A model generated the notes under the pieces. The model worked only from the letters and a program-made list of their open reading frames with translations. It was not told where the DNA came from and did no database searches. Positions 48,143 to 56,484 of a stretch of 64,000 nt of DNA are shown piece by piece (position 1 is the first letter of the stretch; the number at the start of each line of letters is the position of its first letter). A program made the translations under genes and the position numbers. Source of the stretch: Rhodospirillales bacterium (lineage in GTDB: Bacteria; Pseudomonadota; Alphaproteobacteria; Micavibrionales; Micavibrionaceae); the NCBI GenBank assembly GCA_020638395.1, contig JACKIP010000009.1, positions 1,462-65,461 on the forward strand, in the 5' to 3' direction.

Positions 48143-48955
48143 TTATTGAACTCGTGTGAGGTGCATGAGGAGGGTTCCGTAGTCGGTTTTTACCTGAATC
48201 TTAACCGGGATCGCATATTCGAATCCCTCAACTTTAGCCATCCAGACCGATGGAAGAGCCCCTTTTTGGCGGCCCTGCTCCTGTATCAGAAGCCATCCGC
48301 GGGGTTTTTTGTGCCAGTGACCGCCTTTGGGTTCAATTTCAATTTCGCACAGACGGGCCGGTCCAGAAAAAATATTATAGCGGGATTTATCCAGTGTTTT
48401 TTGCCCTTTATCCTTGAAATACATGGCAAAACGGCGGCGGCCATCGTAGATATCAGAGGCTCCTTCGCACTTTTGGGTCGCTATCAGATTTTTCATGACC
48501 TCCAGAGTGGCGGAGAGCAGGTCGGTAGTTCCATCTGTCAAAACCGGATCTATGTCGGGGGTTTCGGTCGGGGAGCCGTCTTCTTTGATGGTTAAGGACT
48601 TCAACTTATTATTTTGATATAAAAAGGTTTTTGTCTCGGTTTTTCCGCGCCAGATCGAAGTGGTCTCGTGTTTCGTCGGCGAAAAAGCATCCGGGGTTAC
48701 CGCGCCAACCGTTTGAAAAATACCGGACCAGGGTACCAGAGATTCCAGCCATCCGCGTGTTTTCGCAGCGACCGCGGCGTTATAAGTGTTCCGTTGCACA
48801 TCGAAATTGAATTTTGCCTGCACCGCGTGAATGCCGCCGGCATAGACTTCATAGGTAAACTCCCGCGTTTCTGCGGCGGCGGGCGCGGAAAAGAGCAATG
48901 ATGAAAGGATGATAATCCTAGGAATAAAGGCCTGAATATATAACTGTCTCTCCAC
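48143..48955 (-). CDS. DUF3108-like secreted protein
   Basis: Signal peptide RIIILSSLLFSAPAAA, then YEVYAGGIHAVQAKFNF pattern; probable GTG start at 48955 (AAGGAG 7 nt upstream) reduces overlap with the upstream gene to ~38 nt. Confidence 0.5.
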   Translation of the reverse strand: MERQLYIQAFIPRIIILSSLLFSAPAAAETREFTYEVYAGGIHAVQAKFNFDVQRNTYNAAVAAKTRGWLESLVPWSGIFQTVGAVTPDAFSPTKHETTSIWRGKTETKTFLYQNNKLKSLTIKEDGSPTETPDIDPVLTDGTTDLLSATLEVMKNLIATQKCEGASDIYDGRRRFAMYFKDKGQKTLDKSRYNIFSGPARLCEIEIEPKGGHWHKKPRGWLLIQEQGRQKGALPSVWMAKVEGFEYAIPVKIQVKTDYGTLLMHLTRVQ

Positions 48956-49865
48956 CCATTCTCTCCTTAAAGTGTTGAATATCTCTTGCATCATACGCAT
49001 TCACTCCGCCTAAATCAAAGTCTTTTATCCCGGTTTCTTTTAATGTAAGCAGGGTGCGCCACAAAAGAAAGTGATTGGCGCAGAGCGGGCGTCCTTCGGG
49101 GGATAGATATCCAATCTGGTAGGTCGCGGAGGTGCCGTGGCGCAAAACCAGTGCGGACGCTACGACGTTCCCGTGATGCACGGCATGGGCCAGAAGAAGT
49201 GATTGCTGCTCTGCAAAGATGGGAATATAGTCATAAAGGCGCGCCGGAGGGATGTTTTTATAGGCCTTTTCCTTTATATCCTGTTGATATAATTTGATAA
49301 AATCTGCGGCCGTGTCGCCGGCAGTGTCATGGATCACGGTCAAATCGTACCGCTCTGATTTGCTCAATTGGTTCCGCCATTTCGGATGCAGAGATTTGCG
49401 CAAGTCCTCTGCGTCTTTGGTTAAGTCCAGCCAGATCGTGGTATAGCGGGATTCTTTTTGCCAAATAAACCCGTTTTGTTCAATAAAATCAGACGATTTT
49501 TGCGTGAAAGCGATATTGGGGATAAAACGCCGCTTGCGACCGATTCGTTTTGGGAAGCAGAGATTAAACGCTTTGGTAAAAGCATCATTCTTGCGATCAA
49601 GATCTGTGGGGTCATACCAGAGCGGCCCCATATCCAGAATAACCGCGTGCAGCAGGCCGTGCAGGGTGGATGCTTCGGCGATCTGAACAATTCCGGCTTC
49701 CTGATCGTCCAGGTAAATCGCGCCCCACCGCGGTTTTTGTCCCAGTCTGGGGCAGGTGGCCCGCGCATGGGCGTATGATTGCAGCAGGGTTGAGCGGCGG
49801 ACTTTTTCAAACCGCTCCTGCCATTCCGGCAACGTGAAGTCCTTCCATTCGATCCGACAATTCAT
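48918..49865 (-). CDS. FemAB-like / GNAT-fold aminoacyltransferase family protein (COG2348-like)
   Basis: Two-lobed GNAT-like layout; C-terminal lobe HAVHHGNVVASALVLRHGTSATYQIGYLSPEGRPLCANHFLLWRTL typical of FemAB-type peptidyl/aminoacyl transferases; assignment by pattern only. Confidence 0.45.
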   Translation of the reverse strand: MNCRIEWKDFTLPEWQERFEKVRRSTLLQSYAHARATCPRLGQKPRWGAIYLDDQEAGIVQIAEASTLHGLLHAVILDMGPLWYDPTDLDRKNDAFTKAFNLCFPKRIGRKRRFIPNIAFTQKSSDFIEQNGFIWQKESRYTTIWLDLTKDAEDLRKSLHPKWRNQLSKSERYDLTVIHDTAGDTAADFIKLYQQDIKEKAYKNIPPARLYDYIPIFAEQQSLLLAHAVHHGNVVASALVLRHGTSATYQIGYLSPEGRPLCANHFLLWRTLLTLKETGIKDFDLGGVNAYDARDIQHFKERMGGETVIYSGLYS

Positions 49866-49881
49866 TAAAATTAAACTTATT

Positions 49882-50331
49882 ATGTTGATTCAGTTTTTTC
49901 TAGGGGCAATTTTGATCGGTCTGACAGTCCTTGTCCATGCTGTTGCGCTCGATTTTTTAATGAAAACGCTGGAAAAGAAAAGCCTGATGCTGCGGCGTCA
50001 CTTTTACCGCTATTGGAAAACGATGGTGATTACCGTCACGGTGATGGGGGTTTTTGCTGCCAATATTATTGAGATATGGCTTTGGGCCTTTGCTTATTGG
50101 GGATTGCAGGCGGACGGGATTGATGATCTGGAAACCGCTTTGTACTTCTCGACCGTGACGTTTACAACCGTTGGGTACGGGGATGTTTATCTGTTGAAGG
50201 ACTGGCGGTTGCTGGGGAGCTTTGAATCTGCAAATGGTATGCTGCTGTTCGGCTGGAGTGCAGCGTTTATCTTTGATATCGTTTCAAAGCTTTATAAGGA
50301 AGATGACTTCGGAAAAGGAACGAAGGCTTAG
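49882..50331 (+). CDS. two-TM potassium channel (KcsA-like pore only)
   Basis: TM1, pore helix and selectivity filter TVGYGD, TM2; track 5' extension to 49756 overlaps the divergent upstream gene; ATG at 49882. Confidence 0.75.
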   Translation: MLIQFFLGAILIGLTVLVHAVALDFLMKTLEKKSLMLRRHFYRYWKTMVITVTVMGVFAANIIEIWLWAFAYWGLQADGIDDLETALYFSTVTFTTVGYGDVYLLKDWRLLGSFESANGMLLFGWSAAFIFDIVSKLYKEDDFGKGTKA

Positions 50332-50341
50332 GAATTAACTC

Positions 50342-51025
50342 TTAATTCGGAATGCCTGCGGCGGTAAATTCCTGAACGACTTCTGCGTAATCTTCCCCAA
50401 GTTCCAGATTATTGGAAAATCCGGTGTTTTTGATCTTTAATCCTTCCGGATAGGGCAGTGCAAAGCGTTCATATTGTGGGCGCGTCGCGATATCTTTCAT
50501 CAGAACACCGACGATCTCTTTGGTATTTTTATCAGTGATAACCTGATCGACCTGACCGATGGCTTTTCCGGAGGGCAGGGTAACGGTGCGTCCCTGTAAC
50601 CGGCGGGCGCTGATAAGTTCTGCGCTATCGTCACCGGCGGCGGTTTCAATGTTTGAGAGAAAAGAAGCCAGTTTTTCCTCCAGTTCCGAGGCTTTGTAGG
50701 CCAGCTGATACGAAGAGGGATTATTTCCCAGATCGGCGTAATCGAGATCCAGAGTCAGTTTTTCGCCTGCCTGTGTATTCAGCTCGCCGACGATTTTTTT
50801 CACTTCGCCCCGGTCGTTTATCAGAAAATCCTGAACGCTGCCGACTTTCTGATGCGCATTATCCTCAATCTCGCGGGAGATATAGTCGCCGATATAATAA
50901 TACGTACCGATGTCACGGTTCAGGTGAATCACTTGCTGTTTATAGGTGTTGATATCATTTTCGACCGCATAGGCGGGGATGGCGGTCAGAAGAAGAAGTG
51001 CAAAACAGGAACCCAGGCGACACAT
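50342..51025 (-). CDS. secreted tandem PRC-barrel domain protein
   Basis: Signal peptide ALLLLTAIPAYA/VE, then two PRC-barrel-like repeats (LxGxxVxxxxGxxxGxVxDxxxD). Confidence 0.5.
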   Translation of the reverse strand: MCRLGSCFALLLLTAIPAYAVENDINTYKQQVIHLNRDIGTYYYIGDYISREIEDNAHQKVGSVQDFLINDRGEVKKIVGELNTQAGEKLTLDLDYADLGNNPSSYQLAYKASELEEKLASFLSNIETAAGDDSAELISARRLQGRTVTLPSGKAIGQVDQVITDKNTKEIVGVLMKDIATRPQYERFALPYPEGLKIKNTGFSNNLELGEDYAEVVQEFTAAGIPN

Positions 51026-51073
51026 AACAATACTTTCTTTTTTATTTTGCCTTACTAATTAACATAATTTAAG

Positions 51074-51826
51074 TCAATAGTCAACCCTAAACAGGAAGAG
51101 GCCGGAAGGGGGAGCGGTTGGGCCGCCTTTAGTCCGGTCTTTCGCCTCAAGAGCTTCCCGTACCTGCTGCGCGGTCCATCTTCCCTGTCCCACAAGGGCG
51201 AGCGTTCCGGCAAAATTCCGGATCTGGTGATGCAAAAAAGAGCGCGCTTCGGCTTCAATCGTAATGAGATCTCCCTGACGCCGGACGTCCAGCCGGTCGA
51301 GCGTTTTTTCCGGAGACTTGGATTGGCACTGCGAGTCGCGGAACGTGGTAAAGTCATGATGACCGATCAATACCTGCGCGGCGTCGTGCATTTTCTCAGC
51401 ATCCATCGGATGTTTTACGTGCCAGACCTGCGTTCGTTGAAAGGTTGCCGGACCCGGACGATTAAGAATTTGATAGCGGTACATTTTATTTGTCGCGCTG
51501 AAGCGGGCATGAAAGTTGCTATCCACAATTTCGGCCTGTAGAATGGCAACCGGATGAGGCCGCAGATGCGCATTGAGCGCTTTGGCCAGATCATGCCCGG
51601 AGAGAGGGCGATCGCCATAATCAAGATCAAAATGGGCAACCTGTCCGCAGGCGTGCACGCCGGCATCTGTGCGCCCTGCTGCAGTAATACTGATTTTTTG
51701 CTGACAGAATTTGGTTATGGCTTCTTCTATGGCCTGTTGAATGCTTGGATCTGTATTCTGCCGCTGCCAGCCGGAATAATTCGTGCCATCATATTCAATG
51801 ATAAGTTTCCATCGTTTCAAGGACAT
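51074..51826 (-). CDS. truA: tRNA pseudouridine(38-40) synthase
   Basis: RWKLIIEYDGTNYSGWQRQ, catalytic Asp in GRTDAGVHA. Confidence 0.9.
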   Translation of the reverse strand: MSLKRWKLIIEYDGTNYSGWQRQNTDPSIQQAIEEAITKFCQQKISITAAGRTDAGVHACGQVAHFDLDYGDRPLSGHDLAKALNAHLRPHPVAILQAEIVDSNFHARFSATNKMYRYQILNRPGPATFQRTQVWHVKHPMDAEKMHDAAQVLIGHHDFTTFRDSQCQSKSPEKTLDRLDVRRQGDLITIEAEARSFLHHQIRNFAGTLALVGQGRWTAQQVREALEAKDRTKGGPTAPPSGLFLFRVDY

Positions 51827-51907
51827 GGGAGAGACTATAACCGGATCATTTTCGGTTCACAATAATGATCCTTGCTTTTTTACGGTCGTGTATATGCAAA
51901 TTAAGAA

Positions 51908-52765
51908 TTAAAAACGTCCTGAACGGTAATCGTTCATGGCTTGCTTAATTTCATCTTGTGTATTCATTACAAACGGACCCTGACCTGCAATTGGTTCATC
52001 AATAGGTTCTCCATTCATGATAAGAATGCTCGTATCGCTTATGGCTTTCAAGGATATATAATCTCCTTCCCTTTCAAACAGGACAAGTTCTTTTTCATTT
52101 AGTGTCTCTTCTCCATTAATTTGAACGTTTCCGGATAAAATTAATACATTCGTGGTAAAGCCTTCTGGCAAAGGTAAATCAATTATATGCCCTGTTTTTA
52201 GGCGCATATCCCACAAATTAACAGGCGTGAATGTTTTGGCGGCACCTTTGGTATTCGCGTAATTTCCGGCGATCACTCTAACGGTGCCGCCGTTATCATC
52301 CATCTTCACTACAGGAATTTTGCTATTCAAAATCTCCTGGTAATGTGGGGCGCTCATTTTATCTTTAGCAGGTAGATTAACCCAAAGCTGGATCATTTCC
52401 AAAGTGCCGCCTTTTTTTGTAAAATCTGATCCGTGCATTTCTTCATGAAGAATACCGCGTGCTGCCGTCATCCATTGCACATCACCGGGGCCTATTTTAC
52501 CGAAGTTTCCCGCATTGTCTTTATGCTCAATTTCGCCTTGATACACGATAGTGACAGTTTCAAAACCACGATGCGGGTGTTGCTCTACGCCGCGGGGGTG
52601 ATCAGAGGGCTCAAAATCTGCAGGTCCGGCATAATCAAGCAGTAAAAATGGGCTAATATCGTGTCCTTGTTGGCTATAGGAAAACAGCGTGTTCACAGGA
52701 AAGCCGTTACCAACCCAATGTTGGCCTGTTCCACGATTTATCCGTGCAATTTTTTTAATTTTCAT
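51908..52765 (-). CDS. pirin-family cupin protein
   Basis: N-terminal cupin with metal ligands HPHRGFETVTIVYQGEIEHKD; ATG at 52765 (track 21-codon extension unsupported); divergent from an HxlR regulator, a common arrangement. Confidence 0.85.
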   Translation of the reverse strand: MKIKKIARINRGTGQHWVGNGFPVNTLFSYSQQGHDISPFLLLDYAGPADFEPSDHPRGVEQHPHRGFETVTIVYQGEIEHKDNAGNFGKIGPGDVQWMTAARGILHEEMHGSDFTKKGGTLEMIQLWVNLPAKDKMSAPHYQEILNSKIPVVKMDDNGGTVRVIAGNYANTKGAAKTFTPVNLWDMRLKTGHIIDLPLPEGFTTNVLILSGNVQINGEETLNEKELVLFEREGDYISLKAISDTSILIMNGEPIDEPIAGQGPFVMNTQDEIKQAMNDYRSGRF

Positions 52766-52866
52766 GGCATTTCTCCTTCTTTTTTTGATATTTAAATGAT
52801 AAGTTAATACCATACGGTACTTTTGCAAGTACGCACATAAAGTATACTGATAAAACGAGTGTAATA

Positions 52867-53202
52867 GTGCCTAAAAAAGAATTATTTTGTCCTGTGGAGA
52901 TTACTCTGGATGCATTATCTGGACGATGGAAGGTGCTCATTATCCAGCAACTTCTTGACGGCACAAAGAGATTTAACCAACTGCAACGTGAGCTAAAGGG
53001 AATTACACATCGTACACTCAGTAAACAATTAAAAGAGATGGAAGAGCACGGACTTGTTAATCGCAAAGATTATAAAGAAATACCTCCGCGAGTAGAATAT
53101 AGTTTATCAGAACTTGGAAAATCTCTCGAAAGCGTTCTATCCGCAATGCACAAATGGGGAGAAGCGTACGGTTCTAAAATAACGAGTAAGGAAAAATTGT
53201 AA
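52867..53202 (+). CDS. HxlR-family winged-helix transcriptional regulator
   Basis: CPVEITLDALSGRWKVLIIQQLLDGTKRFNQLQREL...HRTLSKQLKEMEEHGLV is the HxlR/DUF24 signature; GTG start. Confidence 0.8.
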   Translation: MPKKELFCPVEITLDALSGRWKVLIIQQLLDGTKRFNQLQRELKGITHRTLSKQLKEMEEHGLVNRKDYKEIPPRVEYSLSELGKSLESVLSAMHKWGEAYGSKITSKEKL

Positions 53203-53331
53203 TATGAGTGATTTTATTCGTAAAGCAACGTGGTGAGAACTTTTTTAATTTTTATGGCGGCAATTGCAAAATTGAGCCCATGTTGGCGTTGCGGTTAATT
53301 ATGAATGGGAAGAATCTCGGTGAAAAGGGGG

Positions 53332-53407
53332 TGGTGGAGCCGAGCGGAATCGAACCGCCGACCTCTACAATGCCATTGTAGCGCTCTACCAATTGAGCTA
53401 CGGCCCC
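53332..53407 (-). tRNA. tRNA-Ala (anticodon GGC), CCA encoded
   Basis: Reverse complement GGGGCCGTAGCTCAATTGGTAGAGCGCTACAATGGCATTGTAGAGGTCGGCGGTTCGATTCCGCTCGGCTCCACCA folds as a cloverleaf; G3:U70 Ala identity pair; anticodon loop CTACA-AT-GGC-AT-TGTAG; the 65-aa ORF 53252-53449 over it is spurious. Confidence 0.85.
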
Positions 53408-53508
53408 GAAAGTAGAGTTGAAATTACTGATCTCTTTGTCGTTTTGCAAGCGTTTTTCTGGGACAAGTCGTCATTTTATACAAGACCTCAGAAAAAACTC
53501 CTCAGCCC

Positions 53509-53919
53509 TTAATACTGTAGAGGCTTTTTGATGGAGCTCTCAAACTGGAACAATTCGGTTCCAAAAGGAATAAAAGTTCCCAGAAGCGGGGTCAATTCAT
53601 AGGAGACGTCAATTTCAACCCAATCTACACCATATTCTGTATAGGTATTGGAGGTGACACTCAGGTCTGTGGGGGGGACGGACATATCCCGCAGCCGATC
53701 TTCTGCATAGGTGATAATGTCTGATTCTGTTAGACCTTCATTGACGGCGACATAGCGTCCGGTATCCTCTACGGCATATTGGATGGTGTTCATGGTCCAC
53801 ATAATCCGCCCGGTTTCGAATACTCCCAGCATAATCAGAAAAAACGGAACTGCCACCAGCGCAAATTCAATCGCGGTGGCACCTGTGTTATTCCTTAGAT
53901 AGTTGATAATACCATTCAT
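53509..53919 (-). CDS. TadE-like Flp-pilus pseudopilin
   Basis: N-terminal TadE motif GATAIEFALVAVPFFLIMLGVFETG. Confidence 0.7.
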   Translation of the reverse strand: MNGIINYLRNNTGATAIEFALVAVPFFLIMLGVFETGRIMWTMNTIQYAVEDTGRYVAVNEGLTESDIITYAEDRLRDMSVPPTDLSVTSNTYTEYGVDWVEIDVSYELTPLLGTFIPFGTELFQFESSIKKPLQY

Positions 53920-54362
53920 CAGTCAACCCTCATTCTGGAAGCTTTTGAGATTGCTACATGGTCGCTAACCCCGGGATATGGCAGGAGCGGGCTATAGCTT
54001 CCACTGACACTGACGCTGACAAAGCGCCGCTCAAAGTCACCGTCTCCGCAGGAGGAAATGGGGCACTCGCGGATAACGCCATCCGAGCATTCACATTCAA
54101 AAGTGGTGGTATAACTCAGGCCGGTTTCGCCGGTATCTGCCATCAGAGTATTCACCAGAGCCGGAACCTCGGTATCGTCTTTGCTGGCTGCGACGTAATC
54201 GGCAATACTGCCGGAAATATTCTGAATATTCATTTTCGAATTCAGATACAGGCCGAAATCCACTAGTCCGATAAACAACAGAATGAAAATCGGGGCCACA
54301 AATGCAAATTCTGTTGCGGCAATTCCATTTTCACGATGCAGATATAAATAAAGTTTTTTCAT
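53919..54362 (-). CDS. TadE/TadF-like Flp-pilus pseudopilin
   Basis: N-terminal GIAATEFAFVAPIFILLFIGLVDFG; 1-nt overlap with the downstream tadE-like gene. Confidence 0.7.
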   Translation of the reverse strand: MKKLYLYLHRENGIAATEFAFVAPIFILLFIGLVDFGLYLNSKMNIQNISGSIADYVAASKDDTEVPALVNTLMADTGETGLSYTTTFECECSDGVIRECPISSCGDGDFERRFVSVSVSGSYSPLLPYPGVSDHVAISKASRMRVD

Positions 54363-54366
54363 GTTC

Positions 54367-55632
54367 TTAACGGATCAGAGTTACATCTGGAATTTCTATG
54401 TCACGGTTTGCAACGTTGTCACAATTATTGCCAATGGATGGATTACCGGCAATTGTGATGGTCTTTGCAATCAGGATCGTGCAGGGGTCCGCGCCACCGG
54501 CAAATCCTGCATCGCCACCGAACCATAGGCCTTGAGAGGGAAAATACAGCACGCCTTCGATATTGATCCCGCTGGTACCCACGATTTTATTCTGAAGATT
54601 CTTTGCAGAGGGGGCATTCCGATCCTGAAAGAACGCAACACCTTCGAAGTCATCTCCTTCTTTCGGCGGGGTCAGATTTATCTGACGGCTGCCTGAAATG
54701 TCGACCTGTGCGTAATCATTTCCTTCGCCGGTCAGAATAATACTGACTTCTTCGCCGCTGAGCGTTCCGCCTCCGGTTACTTTCAAGGATCCTCCGAAGA
54801 TAATATAAACGCCGGGCTCAAAGACGATGTCATTATTTCCGGAAATTGAGATACCTCCACAATAAAGTCCGGGACTCAGAGTCGTGTCACTGTTTACCGT
54901 CAGGGCTTTTGCCTTTTTAGGGCATTCTGCGTGTGCCGGGACCTCCAGATCTTCATAGGGGTCATCAATCGGGGCTTTGTTTGTTTTCAGGCTGTTATAC
55001 TGAAAATCGGCAGCGCCGCCGGTCACATCGTAATAACCAGATATCCTGACATTATTTACAAGCACGTCCACATTCCCGGAGAGGGTAAAGGCTTGGTCGC
55101 TGCTGGAATTGACCGCGATTCCGCAACTGGGGGCAGAGAGGTCCACCGAACCGAATGAGGTAAAGGCATCGTCTGCGCTGCGGTCCAGAGATAAGAAGCA
55201 AAAATTCCCGTCAACGCCGTCTACTCGGGCTTCGGCATAGGCGGAAATCCTTTTTTTATCTGTAAAGAAGCGGGAGAATAAGGCTTCACTGTCTTCCGAG
55301 ACGGTCAATCCAATGGTATAGCTGCCATCCTCTTCTTCGGTGAGAATTGCTAAAGTAAGGTTGCCATTTGCGTCGGGGTTATAGCCGTTCGCCATTGCCT
55401 CTTTTTCGGCGGCATAGTCCATATAGTCATTACTTTTGGTGGCCAGCTCCCATCCGGCGGCGATAACACCAGCATCTGCTGCCGTTTGCAGATCCTGCTT
55501 CTTGGCCATCCAGACGCTGGCATCGACCCCCAGGCCGGCCACGCCGATAATGACAGGGAATGCAAGCGCGGCCATAACGGCAACGCTGCCGAGTGTTTGT
55601 CTATAGAAGCGGTTGAATATGTTCTTTTCCAT
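54367..55632 (-). CDS. TadG-like Flp-pilus assembly protein (large pseudopilin)
   Basis: N-terminal GSVAVMAALAFPVIIGVAGLGVDASVWMAKKQDLQTAADAGVIAAG typical of the TadG family; long beta-rich Gly/Ser/Asn-rich C-terminal region. Confidence 0.7.
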   Translation of the reverse strand: MEKNIFNRFYRQTLGSVAVMAALAFPVIIGVAGLGVDASVWMAKKQDLQTAADAGVIAAGWELATKSNDYMDYAAEKEAMANGYNPDANGNLTLAILTEEEDGSYTIGLTVSEDSEALFSRFFTDKKRISAYAEARVDGVDGNFCFLSLDRSADDAFTSFGSVDLSAPSCGIAVNSSSDQAFTLSGNVDVLVNNVRISGYYDVTGGAADFQYNSLKTNKAPIDDPYEDLEVPAHAECPKKAKALTVNSDTTLSPGLYCGGISISGNNDIVFEPGVYIIFGGSLKVTGGGTLSGEEVSIILTGEGNDYAQVDISGSRQINLTPPKEGDDFEGVAFFQDRNAPSAKNLQNKIVGTSGINIEGVLYFPSQGLWFGGDAGFAGGADPCTILIAKTITIAGNPSIGNNCDNVANRDIEIPDVTLIR

Positions 55633-55781
55633 TAGCTCATTCTAATTTCAAAAGATTAATAAGAATAAAAGTAAGCATTTAATTTTATGTTAATTTTCAC
55701 GGTAATTTAAAGGAGCGGAGCATTGACCCGGCACGGTATTTTGTTTTAGCCTGCAACGGATACAGTCGAAAGAAGGTTGCG

Positions 55782-56324
55782 ATGTTTATACTACAGGCTC
55801 CTGATACGATCAGCGTCAGAACGCTTCTGGAGGGTCTGAGCGCTGCGGGGTTGGAGGTTTCTTTTGAACCTGTGGAGGGCAATAAGAAACCGCTTCTCCG
55901 GTTGACACAATCTTCCCGGCTGGCTTCCCGGCCAGAAGGGGTGCCTGTTACGTTTCCCTTACGCATGGGGGACTTTATTGACAAGGCCTGTCTGAGTCTG
56001 CAAAACCATCTGGTCTTTCCGCAGGTCATAGAAGTGCCGGAAGGGGGGTTTGACCTCAATCGCGCCGTGTTTCAAAGGCCTGGGCAGCCTGCGATTTCCC
56101 TGACAGAAAAAGAATGCGGGCTGATCGCGGCTTTGTATGGAGAGGGGGAGGGGGCGGTTTCCAGAGAGGCTTTGCTGAAGCAGGTTTGGGAACACACGGC
56201 GGAACTGGAAACGCATACTCTGGAGACGCATATCTATCGCCTGCGGCAAAAGATTGAGCAGGACCCGGCCGTTCCCCGGATTATTCTGACCGAGCGCGAG
56301 GGGTATCGACTGGCGAAAATCTGA
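55782..56324 (+). CDS. OmpR/PhoB-type winged-helix DNA-binding protein with truncated or degenerate receiver
   Basis: C-terminal trans_reg_C pattern LTEKECGLIAALYGEGEGAVSREALLKQVWEHTAEL...ETHIYRLRQKIEQDPAVPRIILTEREGYRL; N-terminal ~85 aa lacks the DD...D...K receiver residues. Confidence 0.6.
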   Translation: MFILQAPDTISVRTLLEGLSAAGLEVSFEPVEGNKKPLLRLTQSSRLASRPEGVPVTFPLRMGDFIDKACLSLQNHLVFPQVIEVPEGGFDLNRAVFQRPGQPAISLTEKECGLIAALYGEGEGAVSREALLKQVWEHTAELETHTLETHIYRLRQKIEQDPAVPRIILTEREGYRLAKI

Positions 56325-56484
56325 TCGACGCAGGCATTAGAGGCGCCTCGTGGAATGTCATAGTTGCATGAGGTGCTTTCTTTGAGCGCATAGCTAAAAA
56401 CCTTTTCTATTTTATCTGTACGGCCTAGTATGCACGCCTCGTTTATAGGTGTATAAAATAACAAACAACGTAACATAAAAAGTC

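Noticed and set aside
53252-53449. 65-aa minus-strand ORF
   Set aside because: Overlaps the tRNA-Ala gene; artefact
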